Of a DNA stretch of 36,490 bases, positions 18,482-27,344 are shown piece after piece (positions within the stretch are counted from its first letter, which is position 1; each line of letters begins with the position of its first letter). A model generated the notes under the pieces. It was given only the letters and a program-made list of their open reading frames with translations. It was not told the DNA's origin and made no database searches. A program made the translations under genes and the position numbers. Origin of the DNA: a virus (lineage: Duplodnaviria > Caudoviricetes); IMG/VR virus record IMGVR_UViG_3300046009_013981, positions 1-36,490 of that record. One strand, 5' to 3'.

Positions 18482-20038
18482 ATGGATGAAATCAATGTTG
18501 ATGTTATTGTTTCAAATGGAACAAATGTTGAAGTATCTTCACCATCAACATTAGTAAATGCCCATGTTAATTTACCACCACCGATTGAATCTACAACAGA
18601 TTCACCTTCTATAGATTATAGAACTCATGTTATTCTTCCTGGGCCACAAGGCCCCGCTGGTCCAATTGGTCCTGTCGGACCTCAAGGACTTCAAGGTAAT
18701 ATTAGTGGAATAAATGATTTAAATGCTCCAGTAATTTATCTATCTGGACAAGATGGAATAACTGTGTATAGTGGAAGTTATAATACTTTATGTATATCTG
18801 GAAATAGTGGATATTTCCAAGATCAGATTAATCTATTAACATTAAATTTATTTAATACAGGAAATAATCTATATTTGTTACAATATAACTATAGTGGATG
18901 GGCAAATAATCAATTTGCAACAAATGCAAATCTATTGATTACTGGTAATTTACTTCAAGGACAAATTAATACACTAGCAACAAGTTTTGCTTCAACTGGT
19001 AGCGGTTTACAGACACAAATCAATACGCTTACCACGAATCTATTTACGACTGGAAGTACGCTTGCAACGAATCTTGCTTTGACTGGAAGTTCGTTGCAGA
19101 CGCAAGTAAATACGCTTACCACGAATCTATTTACGACTGGAAGTACGCTTGCAACGAATCTTGCTTTGACTGGAAGTTCGTTGCAGACGCAAGTAAATAC
19201 GCTTACCACGAATCTATTTACGACTGGAAGTACGCTTGCAACAGGTATTGCTAACTATAGCGGTTGGGCTACGAATATATATGCTACTATTTCAAATCTA
19301 AATTTAACAGGAAGCAGTTTAGCTCTACAAATTTATAATACTGGTTCTATCTTAGATAGTAAAATAAATTCCCTTAGTGGAGTCTCTGTCTTAACTTTTG
19401 GAAATCAAAATATATATGGAAATAAAAACTTTTATGATACTGTATTTATTAATAATCTTACTGTAACTGGAACAGAAACTATTGTTAGTACTCAAAATTT
19501 TAATGTTCAAAGTCCTTATATACTTTTAAATCTAACTGGCGGAGCAGTTGATGGCGGTATATTCTTTGTAACAGGCTCAGGATTAACTGGAATTAATGAT
19601 CCTGGGCCAATAATTGGTTTTGATCATAGTGATAATTTTGTCTTCGGTATATCTACAAGAGCGAGTGATTTATCAACATTAAATAAAATCGCATCAAAAC
19701 AAGATATATCTAATTATAGTGGATTTGCTAGTTCAACATATGCTACAATAATTAATTTAAACATAACTGGCTCAAGTCTTCAAAATCAAATAAATACAAT
19801 ATTATCTAACCAGCAGATATTTACAACATCATTAACTCCTGGTCTAGATGCCTATCAAATAAATTATCCAGTATCCTTTAGTTCAATACCTAAAATTCAA
19901 GCAACATTAGAAGTTCCAGGAAACATATTATACAGTTTAAGTATAAGTAATATTAATATGACGGGTTATACAGGTTTATTATCTGATGATTTAACTGAAG
20001 TGGGCGCAAAAATACATACTTTCGCAAGCATACAATAA
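18482..20038 (+). CDS. Fibre protein with short collagen-like segment and coiled-coil repeat shaft
   Basis: (GXY)6 at 18641-18697, 29-aa tandem repeats, GNQNIYGNKNF fibre motif. Confidence 0.65.
   Translation: MDEINVDVIVSNGTNVEVSSPSTLVNAHVNLPPPIESTTDSPSIDYRTHVILPGPQGPAGPIGPVGPQGLQGNISGINDLNAPVIYLSGQDGITVYSGSYNTLCISGNSGYFQDQINLLTLNLFNTGNNLYLLQYNYSGWANNQFATNANLLITGNLLQGQINTLATSFASTGSGLQTQINTLTTNLFTTGSTLATNLALTGSSLQTQVNTLTTNLFTTGSTLATNLALTGSSLQTQVNTLTTNLFTTGSTLATGIANYSGWATNIYATISNLNLTGSSLALQIYNTGSILDSKINSLSGVSVLTFGNQNIYGNKNFYDTVFINNLTVTGTETIVSTQNFNVQSPYILLNLTGGAVDGGIFFVTGSGLTGINDPGPIIGFDHSDNFVFGISTRASDLSTLNKIASKQDISNYSGFASSTYATIINLNITGSSLQNQINTILSNQQIFTTSLTPGLDAYQINYPVSFSSIPKIQATLEVPGNILYSLSISNINMTGYTGLLSDDLTEVGAKIHTFASIQ
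19022..19242 (+). repeat. Exact 87-bp tandem repeat, ~2.5 copies
   Basis: Units start at 19022, 19109 and 19196; each encodes NTLTTNLFTTGSTLATNLALTGSSLQTQV. Confidence 0.95.
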
Positions 20039-20047
20039 TATTATTCA

Positions 20048-20054
20048 GTGTAAT
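20048..20054 (+). promoter_or_regulatory. GTGTAAT putative late promoter with long structured leader
   Basis: 68 nt before ATG 20123. Confidence 0.65.
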
Positions 20055-20122
20055 TTTATTAGATTCTTTAGCTCGCCTTTAAAAGCGACAATTTAGCGTA
20101 AGCTAATAAAAAGAACAAAAAT

Positions 20123-23100
20123 ATGGCAAATATATTTAAGGCTAAGACTTTATTAGGTAAAAGTGGGATTTTTTCTCAAGAAGTAATTGCTCCTAATCTA
20201 GTTTATAATACTGGCAATCAAAATATATCTGGGGTTAAAAACTTCTATTCTCGTCCAACAGTTAATGGTACAGGAGTTTTATTAAGTGGTGAAGTTCAAA
20301 CTATAAATTTACCAGATACTATAGTTTATACTACTGGTAATCAGACAATTAGTGGAAATAAAAGTTTTATAAATAATATAGAAGTTCAGGGAACAGGTAT
20401 ATTTAATGCAGTTGATTTAAGTAATATAAGTGAATTCCAATTTTCTGGTACAAATATAAATTTAGTTGATAGTAATATTTATGTTTCTGGTGGAAACATC
20501 TATATTTCTGGAAATCCAGTCTTAACTGGAGTAAATTTAACTCCATATGCTTTATCTAATCAAGTAGTCTATGTTACTGGTAATCAAATTATATCTGGTG
20601 ATAAAACATTTAATAATACATTGACTATAAATAAAAGTGGAATATTAAATTTCATTAATGAAATTATAACTGGTGTCACGATCAGTTTTTCTCAGCCAAA
20701 TAATTCTGTAACTCAATTATTTGATAATATTGACACAAATTTATCTATAACTCGTGGTGCAGCTGGAGGATTATATAATTCAGTTTACGAATCTGTTTGG
20801 AATGCTATAACACCAATATCTCCAACTGGAACTCTATGGAATGCTGATGGTTGGGACAATTTATGGAATATAAAAGATAGATCTTATGTTCCTTTATATA
20901 ATGCAGTAAATTTCGCACTTGCAAATATTACAAATTACGATCTTATTATGCATGATATTTTAAATAACAAGTATCATAAAATAAAATTTACTAACTGGCA
21001 GGTGGGCGCAGGAGGATCACCTGGTTATAGAGGTTTTGCATATAATAGACAAGAGATTAGATTAGATAATGCATATGTTAGTGGAGATGTAAGATTTTTA
21101 GATAGATTAATTGCTAAAACAGGATTTTTTGGTTTTGGTAATCAATTAAGAGGTCCTGGAAATGCTATTGGCGGTGGAGAGTTTAATTTTACTAGTGGAA
21201 CATATTCTGCTATCGGTGGAGGTTATAGAAATTATGCAATAGGAAATAATTCATATATTGGCGGAGGTGATACGAATTTAGCTATAGGAAATAAATCATA
21301 TATTGGTGGAGGCGAGGGTAATTCTGCGCTTGGAAATTGTACAAATATTTTAGGGGGTAGATGTAATTGTGCAACGACAAATTTTACAACTGTTGTCGGC
21401 GGATACAAGAATTGTGCAACAGCTTTTGGCGCAACTGTAGTTGGAGGCTATTGTAATCGGGCAATAGGATCTAGTGCATTTATTGGTGGTGGAAATAATA
21501 ACTGTGCCACAGCAAACTTTACAAATGTTGTTGCTGGTGCAAGTAATTGTGCTACTGCAGATTATTCTAATGTTGCTGGTGGAAAAAATAATCGTGCGAC
21601 ATTTGGTTGTTCAGTAGTTGGTGGTGGATATCTCAACACAGCCCAGGGATGTTTATCAATAATTGCTGGAGGAAGTCGTAATACAGCGGGCGCTTGTTCA
21701 ACTATTGTTGGAGGATTTTGTAACTCCGCAATAAATATAGCCTCAAATATTGGTGGAGGATATAGAAATTCTATATTAGGAAATTCTTCTACAATTGCAG
21801 GCGGAAGGTTTAATTGTATAAATGCAGATAGTGCAGCAATTGGTGGTGGGAATTATAATCGTGCTATAGCGCAAAACGCAAATATTGGTGGAGGAAAGTC
21901 TAATTGTGCTGGATTAAATTATTCGACTGTTGGTGGTGGATATTGTAATATTGCATCTGGAACTTATGCTAACGTAGCAGGTGGTAGAGGTAATTGTGCA
22001 ACCGCTGCTTATTCAACGGTTGGGGGAGGATATTGTAATGTAGCAAATAATAATATGACAACTGTTGCGGGTGGGTCGCGTAACTGTGCAGTTGGAAATT
22101 TTGCTTCTGTTGGTGGTGGATATAAAAATTGTGCGGTAGGTGGTTCATCATCTATCGTAGGCGGAATATGTAATTGCGCGGTAGGTGGTTCATCATCTAT
22201 CGTAGGTGGAATGTGTAATAATGTTTCCTCACTTTGGTCTGTTATCAATGGTGGTTGTTGTAATATTATCTCTGGAAATTATGGAATTATAGGTGGAGGA
22301 GCTTGTAATATATTACTGCCTGGAACAGTAACAGCATACTCTTCTTTAATCGGTGGAAGAGGAAATTGTATCTCTGGGTCAGAATCTACAATTGGTGGTG
22401 GATTACAGAATAAAATTTTTGGAAACTATGCAACTATAGGAGGTGGCGCACAGAGTACTATATGTGGACAATCTAGTTTCCTTGGTGGTGGTAGCATTAA
22501 TTGTATTGAAAGTCTTGGTTGTTGTAGTGCCATTGTTGGAGGTTATTTTAATAAGATTATAAATAAATTTGCATTTATAGGTGGTGGTTATAAAAATTGC
22601 ACATTTGGAGCCTATAATAACATAGGAGGAGGATATAATAATATTACGTCTACTAATTATGCCTCTGTTTTTGGTGGATATAGAAATTACGCATCTGGAG
22701 AAAGTTCTGTAGTAGCTGGTGGAGAATGCAACTATTCTTCGTGTAGATCTTCATTTATTGGTGCGGGATGTATGAATTTTGTAGGTGGAAATTATTCAAA
22801 TATTGCAGGCGGTGCATTTAATTCAGTTTTAAATGATTATATTTCTATTGGTGGAGGGTTTAATAATACAGCTTCTGGTATTAGATCAACTATTGGAGGT
22901 GGATCAATAAATTGTGCCTGGGGTTCAGATTCAGTAATTGGAGGTGGGCGATATAATTGTGCAAATGCTAATTGTGCAACAGTAGGAGGAGGAGAAAACA
23001 ATCAGAGCGCCGGACAATTTGCTACAATTGCTGGAGGAAGATTTAATTGCGCAACAGCGTTTGGTTCAACTGTTGGTGGAGGATATTATAATTGCGCAAT

Positions 23101-23635
23101 AGGATATAGTTCAAATGTTGGTGGAGGAAGATGTAATTGCGCAATAGGAGATAGCGCAACTGTTGGTGGAGGAAGATATAATTGCGCAACAGCATGTACT
23201 TCAAACATTGGTGGAGGAAAACATAATTCCGCAACAGAAGATAGCGCAACTGTTGGTGGAGGAAGGTTTAATTGCGCAAGAGCATTTGGTTCAGCTGTTG
23301 GTGGAGGAGGAGATAATGTTGCAACAGGATGTTTTTCCTTAATAGGAGGCGGCGAAAGAAATTGCGCATTTGCCTCTTATAGCTATATCCCAGGTGGAAG
23401 ATGTGCTGTTATTAATGCTCTTCATTCTGGCGCGGCAGTATTTGGCGATGGTCAAAATCGTATTCATAATTCTTTTAGCCCTCATTCTTTAACCTTAGAT
23501 TTTGCGACAGGGATTCATTTTGCTAGTTCGACAACTGGAACATTATCAAATTCTGCTACAGCAACTTATTTAAGAATATATGTAAATAATAATACATATT
23601 ATCTCCCATTATATACTGGTACAGCTTTAGTATAA
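20123..23635 (+). CDS. Large Cys-rich beta-roll fibre/adhesin (1170 aa)
   Basis: Three VYxTGNQxISGxKxF repeats, then about 50 14-aa GGxxNCAxxxxSxV repeats, a GAAVFGDGQNRIH...LTLDF cap, and YLRIYVNNNTYYLPLY near the end. Confidence 0.7.
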   Translation: MANIFKAKTLLGKSGIFSQEVIAPNLVYNTGNQNISGVKNFYSRPTVNGTGVLLSGEVQTINLPDTIVYTTGNQTISGNKSFINNIEVQGTGIFNAVDLSNISEFQFSGTNINLVDSNIYVSGGNIYISGNPVLTGVNLTPYALSNQVVYVTGNQIISGDKTFNNTLTINKSGILNFINEIITGVTISFSQPNNSVTQLFDNIDTNLSITRGAAGGLYNSVYESVWNAITPISPTGTLWNADGWDNLWNIKDRSYVPLYNAVNFALANITNYDLIMHDILNNKYHKIKFTNWQVGAGGSPGYRGFAYNRQEIRLDNAYVSGDVRFLDRLIAKTGFFGFGNQLRGPGNAIGGGEFNFTSGTYSAIGGGYRNYAIGNNSYIGGGDTNLAIGNKSYIGGGEGNSALGNCTNILGGRCNCATTNFTTVVGGYKNCATAFGATVVGGYCNRAIGSSAFIGGGNNNCATANFTNVVAGASNCATADYSNVAGGKNNRATFGCSVVGGGYLNTAQGCLSIIAGGSRNTAGACSTIVGGFCNSAINIASNIGGGYRNSILGNSSTIAGGRFNCINADSAAIGGGNYNRAIAQNANIGGGKSNCAGLNYSTVGGGYCNIASGTYANVAGGRGNCATAAYSTVGGGYCNVANNNMTTVAGGSRNCAVGNFASVGGGYKNCAVGGSSSIVGGICNCAVGGSSSIVGGMCNNVSSLWSVINGGCCNIISGNYGIIGGGACNILLPGTVTAYSSLIGGRGNCISGSESTIGGGLQNKIFGNYATIGGGAQSTICGQSSFLGGGSINCIESLGCCSAIVGGYFNKIINKFAFIGGGYKNCTFGAYNNIGGGYNNITSTNYASVFGGYRNYASGESSVVAGGECNYSSCRSSFIGAGCMNFVGGNYSNIAGGAFNSVLNDYISIGGGFNNTASGIRSTIGGGSINCAWGSDSVIGGGRYNCANANCATVGGGENNQSAGQFATIAGGRFNCATAFGSTVGGGYYNCAIGYSSNVGGGRCNCAIGDSATVGGGRYNCATACTSNIGGGKHNSATEDSATVGGGRFNCARAFGSAVGGGGDNVATGCFSLIGGGERNCAFASYSYIPGGRCAVINALHSGAAVFGDGQNRIHNSFSPHSLTLDFATGIHFASSTTGTLSNSATATYLRIYVNNNTYYLPLYTGTALV
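21160..23410 (+). repeat. Degenerate 42-bp (14-codon) coding repeat array
   Basis: GGxxNC periodicity; near-identical DNA units around 22130-22210 and 23030-23300. Confidence 0.85.
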
Positions 23636-23657
23636 TAAATATAATTTTTAATTATTC

Positions 23658-23685
23658 TAGATAAATATATATTATAATCTATAAT
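23658..23685 (+). promoter_or_regulatory. Sigma70-like promoter TAGATA-N16-TATAAT (sulfotransferase)
   Basis: Matches the second motif class; no GTGTAAT in this spacer. Confidence 0.5.
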
Positions 23686-23698
23686 ATAATAGATAAAA

Positions 23699-24508
23699 AT
23701 GCAAAATAAAGAAATATTTTTTATATCTGGTCTACCACGATCTGGCTCGACTCTTCTTTGCAATATACTAGCTCAAAATCCAGATTTTTTTGTTACGAAG
23801 GCTACAAGCGGTTGTGTTGAAATATTATTTTCGGTTAGAAATCAATGGGATAGAATAGTTGAACATCAAGCAGAAGGTATAAATAGAGAACAGTTAAAAA
23901 ATGTCTTAGCCAGTATTTTACATAACTACTATCTTACAGATAAAAATATTGTATTTGATAAAGGTCGCGGATGGTTATCTATGATAGAAACTATCGAATT
24001 TGCTTTAAATAAAAAAGCTAAATTAATTTGTACAGTAAGGAATATAAATGAAATTCTTGCATCCTTTGAAGTATTATGGAGAAATACTACTGGTCAAAGT
24101 CAATGGAACATAGAGAAAGATAATTATGAGAAAAGCCTTACAATTAAAGGAAGATGCGAAATCTGGTCAGAAGCAGGGCAACCACTAGGTTCTGCTTATA
24201 ATAGACTAAAAGATGCAATTGATAGAGGACTGAAAGATAGATTATATTTGCTAGAATTTGATGATTTAACTCATAATCCAGAAGCAGCGCTAAGGAATAT
24301 TTATAATTTTATTGGATTAGAATATTATAAGCATGATTTTAATAATGTAATGCAGGTAACAAAAGAAGATGATGACAATGTTCATAGAATAAAAGATTTA
24401 CATACAATCCGTTCAATTGTTAGGCCTGTACAGTTAAAAGCTGAAAAGATACTAGGTAAGGATATTGCAAATGCTTATAAAGATTTTGAATTTTGGAGAA
24501 AGATTTAA
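23699..24508 (+). CDS. PAPS-dependent sulfotransferase
   Basis: 5'-PSB loop ISGLPRSGSTLL, 3'-PB motif VRN...LAS, and EFDDLTHNPE..LRNIYNFIG. Confidence 0.9.
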   Translation: MQNKEIFFISGLPRSGSTLLCNILAQNPDFFVTKATSGCVEILFSVRNQWDRIVEHQAEGINREQLKNVLASILHNYYLTDKNIVFDKGRGWLSMIETIEFALNKKAKLICTVRNINEILASFEVLWRNTTGQSQWNIEKDNYEKSLTIKGRCEIWSEAGQPLGSAYNRLKDAIDRGLKDRLYLLEFDDLTHNPEAALRNIYNFIGLEYYKHDFNNVMQVTKEDDDNVHRIKDLHTIRSIVRPVQLKAEKILGKDIANAYKDFEFWRKI

Positions 24509-24509
24509 T

Positions 24510-24538
24510 TAGATTAATAATCACACTTAAAATATAAT
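24510..24538 (+). promoter_or_regulatory. Sigma70-like promoter TAGATT-N17-TATAAT (DUF6734-like gene)
   Basis: TATAAT ends 6 nt before the TTG start. Confidence 0.55.
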
Positions 24539-24544
24539 TAATTA

Positions 24545-25405
24545 TTGAAGGCTTTATACACTTTTTGGTCAAAACCTATAAGAGAAAATCTCGCTCGTTG
24601 TAATAATGAGAGAAATTTCATTATGATGTTTGTATACTCTATGCTTTGGTCAGCTAAATGGTTTGATAAAGTAGAATTAAATACTGATAATTATGGACAT
24701 AATATATTCAAATTTTTTGAAACAGATAAAATCAGAATTAAAAATACGTTAAATAATTTTCAAAACCTTGATACTTATCTTTTTTGGGCATATCCTAAAA
24801 TATATTCTTTAACACTTCAAGATGAGCCTTTTGTACATTTAGATGGTGACATTTTTATATTTAGAAGATTAAGAGATAGCATATTTGAAGGAGATTTTGG
24901 TTTTCAAAATCTAGAAAAAACTTATTATGAAAGAACATATAGCGGATTAGTTAATTTTTGTGATGTATTCTTTAATCATAAACCCGAAGAATGGAATCCA
25001 AAGCTTAATGGTGCAATTAACTGTGGATTAATGTACTTTAAAGATCCTAGTTTAGCCAAAACGTTTCATGATAATTGTTATAAATATTTTATAGACTTAG
25101 ATTATTTTCTATTAGAAAAAATTAAGAAAGAATTAAAACAGATTATAAATATAAGATATATAACATATCCACTTCTTTTTGAACAGTATTATTTAAATTG
25201 TTTTGTTAATTCTTTTAAAGATAAGAAAGTAAATTATTTACTTTCGGATAATGAAATAGAAAAGGAAGAAAAGGGTGAGCCTTGTATAGAAGGATATATA
25301 CATCTAATAGAAGATAAAAATAATCCAGTTTATTTATCAAATATAGAAAGAAGATTCTCTTTAGAATTTCCATATCAATATCAGACTTTCTTAAGGCTAA
25401 AATGA
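24545..25405 (+). CDS. DUF6734-like / GT-A fold putative glycosyltransferase
   Basis: TTG start; YTFWSKP, WAYPKI...QDEPFVHLDGDIF (DxD), NCG, EQ and late His motifs resembling GT-A (GT8-like) enzymes. Confidence 0.6.
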   Translation: MKALYTFWSKPIRENLARCNNERNFIMMFVYSMLWSAKWFDKVELNTDNYGHNIFKFFETDKIRIKNTLNNFQNLDTYLFWAYPKIYSLTLQDEPFVHLDGDIFIFRRLRDSIFEGDFGFQNLEKTYYERTYSGLVNFCDVFFNHKPEEWNPKLNGAINCGLMYFKDPSLAKTFHDNCYKYFIDLDYFLLEKIKKELKQIINIRYITYPLLFEQYYLNCFVNSFKDKKVNYLLSDNEIEKEEKGEPCIEGYIHLIEDKNNPVYLSNIERRFSLEFPYQYQTFLRLK

Positions 25406-25911
25406 ATTTTAATAATTTAGATTTCTTAGAAATTGGCGTATCCTTTAGTCCAAATACTAATATCTGCACAAAGATTCAAGATGATATGTATGGTTTTGTT
25501 ATTGATGCAGATTTTAATTATCTTGAAGATTTAACGTGTCCATATACTGTTAATAAAATTTATTATAATAATTGTTTTAATCTAATAGATATATTTGATC
25601 TATATAATATTATAAGTATAAAATATTTAAAAATAAAATGTAATGATTTAAATTACTCAATAATATCATCATTAATAAATAGAAATAAACCTATAAATAT
25701 ACAAAAAATTCAGTTTGAGTCTACTACAAAGAATCATGTTTATGATGAAATTCGTAACTATTTAGAGAATAATCATTATATATATTTAGATGGAAACTCT
25801 GATTCTTTTTTTATTAATAGTAAAAAAGTATCAAATCTAATCTGCAATCCAGATATTCTTGATCAGATATTTTTATATAATCTAAGATATAATTTAGAAT
25901 CTGACTATTAA
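25402..25911 (+). CDS. FkbM-like SAM methyltransferase, apparently degenerate
   Basis: LDFLEIG start, YNIISIKYLKI and KIQFES pattern; the usual KIDxEG reads KIKCND, and the protein is short. Confidence 0.4.
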   Translation: MNFNNLDFLEIGVSFSPNTNICTKIQDDMYGFVIDADFNYLEDLTCPYTVNKIYYNNCFNLIDIFDLYNIISIKYLKIKCNDLNYSIISSLINRNKPINIQKIQFESTTKNHVYDEIRNYLENNHYIYLDGNSDSFFINSKKVSNLICNPDILDQIFLYNLRYNLESDY

Positions 25912-25922
25912 TATTATATAAT
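25895..25922 (+). promoter_or_regulatory. Sigma70-like promoter TAGAAT-N16-TATAAT (GT9-like gene)
   Basis: TATAAT ends 6 nt before ATG 25929. Confidence 0.5.
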
Positions 25923-25928
25923 AATATA

Positions 25929-26801
25929 ATGTCTAAAACTGTAGTATTCTTTCTGCAAGGTGGAATTGGTAAGCATATAGCGGCAACGGCTGTTGCTGAA
26001 AATATTTCTAAAAATTTTCCAGACAGAAAATTAGTAGTAATCTGTCCATATCCAGAAGTATTTCTTAATAATCCAAATGTATATAGAATTTATAGATCCA
26101 ACTCGGCTCAATATTTTTATGAAGATTTTATAAAAGATAAGGATGTTATATTTTTAGGAAATGAGGTATATCAAAGTCATCAGTATGTTGTGCAGAAAAA
26201 GCATCTTATTGAGTCTTGGTGCAATATGTTTGGATTACAATATGCTGGAGAAAATCCTAAATTATTTTTAAATTTTGCAGAGGTTATGGATGTAGCAAGA
26301 AAATATAATCGAAATAAACCTTTATTATTACTCCAAACTAATGGTGGTGGAAATGAAGGACATATTTACAACTGGGCTAGAGATCTGCCAGAATTCTTGG
26401 TCAAAAATTTAATAGAAAAATTAAAAGATAAATATCATATATACCATATAGCAAGAAATGATCAAACTTCATTTGAAAATACTGAAAAAGTTAGTACACA
26501 TTTTCGAGAATTATTTGGTCTAATTAGCCTAAGTCAAAGAAGGTTATTTATAGATTCTTTCGCTCAACATGCAGCCGCTAGTCTTTTACTTCCATCAACT
26601 GTATGCTGGATAGGTACTTCTCCAGATATTTTAGGCTATAATATACATAATAATATAGTTGCAAAAGATCAAAGTAAGATATTTACTCATAATATAGATG
26701 GTATAGTGATGGAAAAAGAGTTCGCTGGATTACCCCATCAGTGCGAATACAACATATTAGAAGCCTTTAATACAGAAGAAATCTTATCAACTTTGCTTTA
26801 A
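25929..26801 (+). CDS. GT-B fold glycosyltransferase (GT9/heptosyltransferase-like)
   Basis: QGGIGKHI, EVFLNNPNV, HLIESW, and FIDSFAQHAAASLLLPSTVCW (DS..H.A motif). Confidence 0.75.
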   Translation: MSKTVVFFLQGGIGKHIAATAVAENISKNFPDRKLVVICPYPEVFLNNPNVYRIYRSNSAQYFYEDFIKDKDVIFLGNEVYQSHQYVVQKKHLIESWCNMFGLQYAGENPKLFLNFAEVMDVARKYNRNKPLLLLQTNGGGNEGHIYNWARDLPEFLVKNLIEKLKDKYHIYHIARNDQTSFENTEKVSTHFRELFGLISLSQRRLFIDSFAQHAAASLLLPSTVCWIGTSPDILGYNIHNNIVAKDQSKIFTHNIDGIVMEKEFAGLPHQCEYNILEAFNTEEILSTLL

Positions 26802-26818
26802 ATTTATAATAATTTAAA

Positions 26819-26825
26819 GTGTAAT
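26819..26825 (+). promoter_or_regulatory. GTGTAAT putative late promoter (neck operon)
   Basis: 7 nt before ATG 26833. Confidence 0.7.
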
Positions 26826-26832
26826 TTAAAGT

Positions 26833-27342
26833 ATGATTATAAATACTGTTACATCTATTGCTCAAGAAATATACGAAGAAATGGGCGAACCAAGCGATTT
26901 TAGTATAGCAGCTATAGCCGCATGGGTAAGAAGGAATATCGGCGGACTTGGAAACATGTTAAATACTGAATTTACTATTGATAGTACGACTTTTGAAATT
27001 ACTCCAAATCTTACTGATATACAGAAATATATCTTTAAAAAGATGTATTCTATATACTTTTTTGACCTAAAGATAAAAAGCACTGGTAGTCTTGCAATTA
27101 ATGACTATACTTCAATTAAAGATGATTTTGGCAGTGTACAAAAGCTTAATAAAAATGAAGTTTTGAAAAATTTTTATCAAATTCGTCAGCAAGAATATAA
27201 AGAGCTACAAGACTTAGTTAATAAATACGAACTTAATGAAGTTACTCCTTTACAAGTCGCTGGTGATGATACTATTCCAGGAAATTATGATTTTGAAAGG
27301 GATGCATTATATTATATCCGCACAATATATAATGCAGACTAA
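26833..27342 (+). CDS. Putative head-tail adaptor
   Basis: Position at the start of the neck operon, helical 169 aa, GTGTAAT motif upstream. Confidence 0.5.
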   Translation: MIINTVTSIAQEIYEEMGEPSDFSIAAIAAWVRRNIGGLGNMLNTEFTIDSTTFEITPNLTDIQKYIFKKMYSIYFFDLKIKSTGSLAINDYTSIKDDFGSVQKLNKNEVLKNFYQIRQQEYKELQDLVNKYELNEVTPLQVAGDDTIPGNYDFERDALYYIRTIYNAD

Positions 27343-27344
27343 AA

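Noticed and set aside
5449-22220. GTGTAAT matches inside Cys-rich genes (~5449 and ~22213)
   Set aside because: Explained by TGT-AAT (Cys-Asn) codons in the repeats; not counted as promoters.
19022-23410. Repeat arrays as CRISPR
   Set aside because: Units are contiguous, multiples of 3, in frame within protein genes, and have no unique spacers or cas genes.
5935-23520. Similar segments near the 3' ends of two fibre genes as a diversity-generating retroelement TR/VR pair
   Set aside because: Differences are spread over all bases and largely synonymous rather than adenine-specific, both copies are coding, and no reverse transcriptase is in the window.
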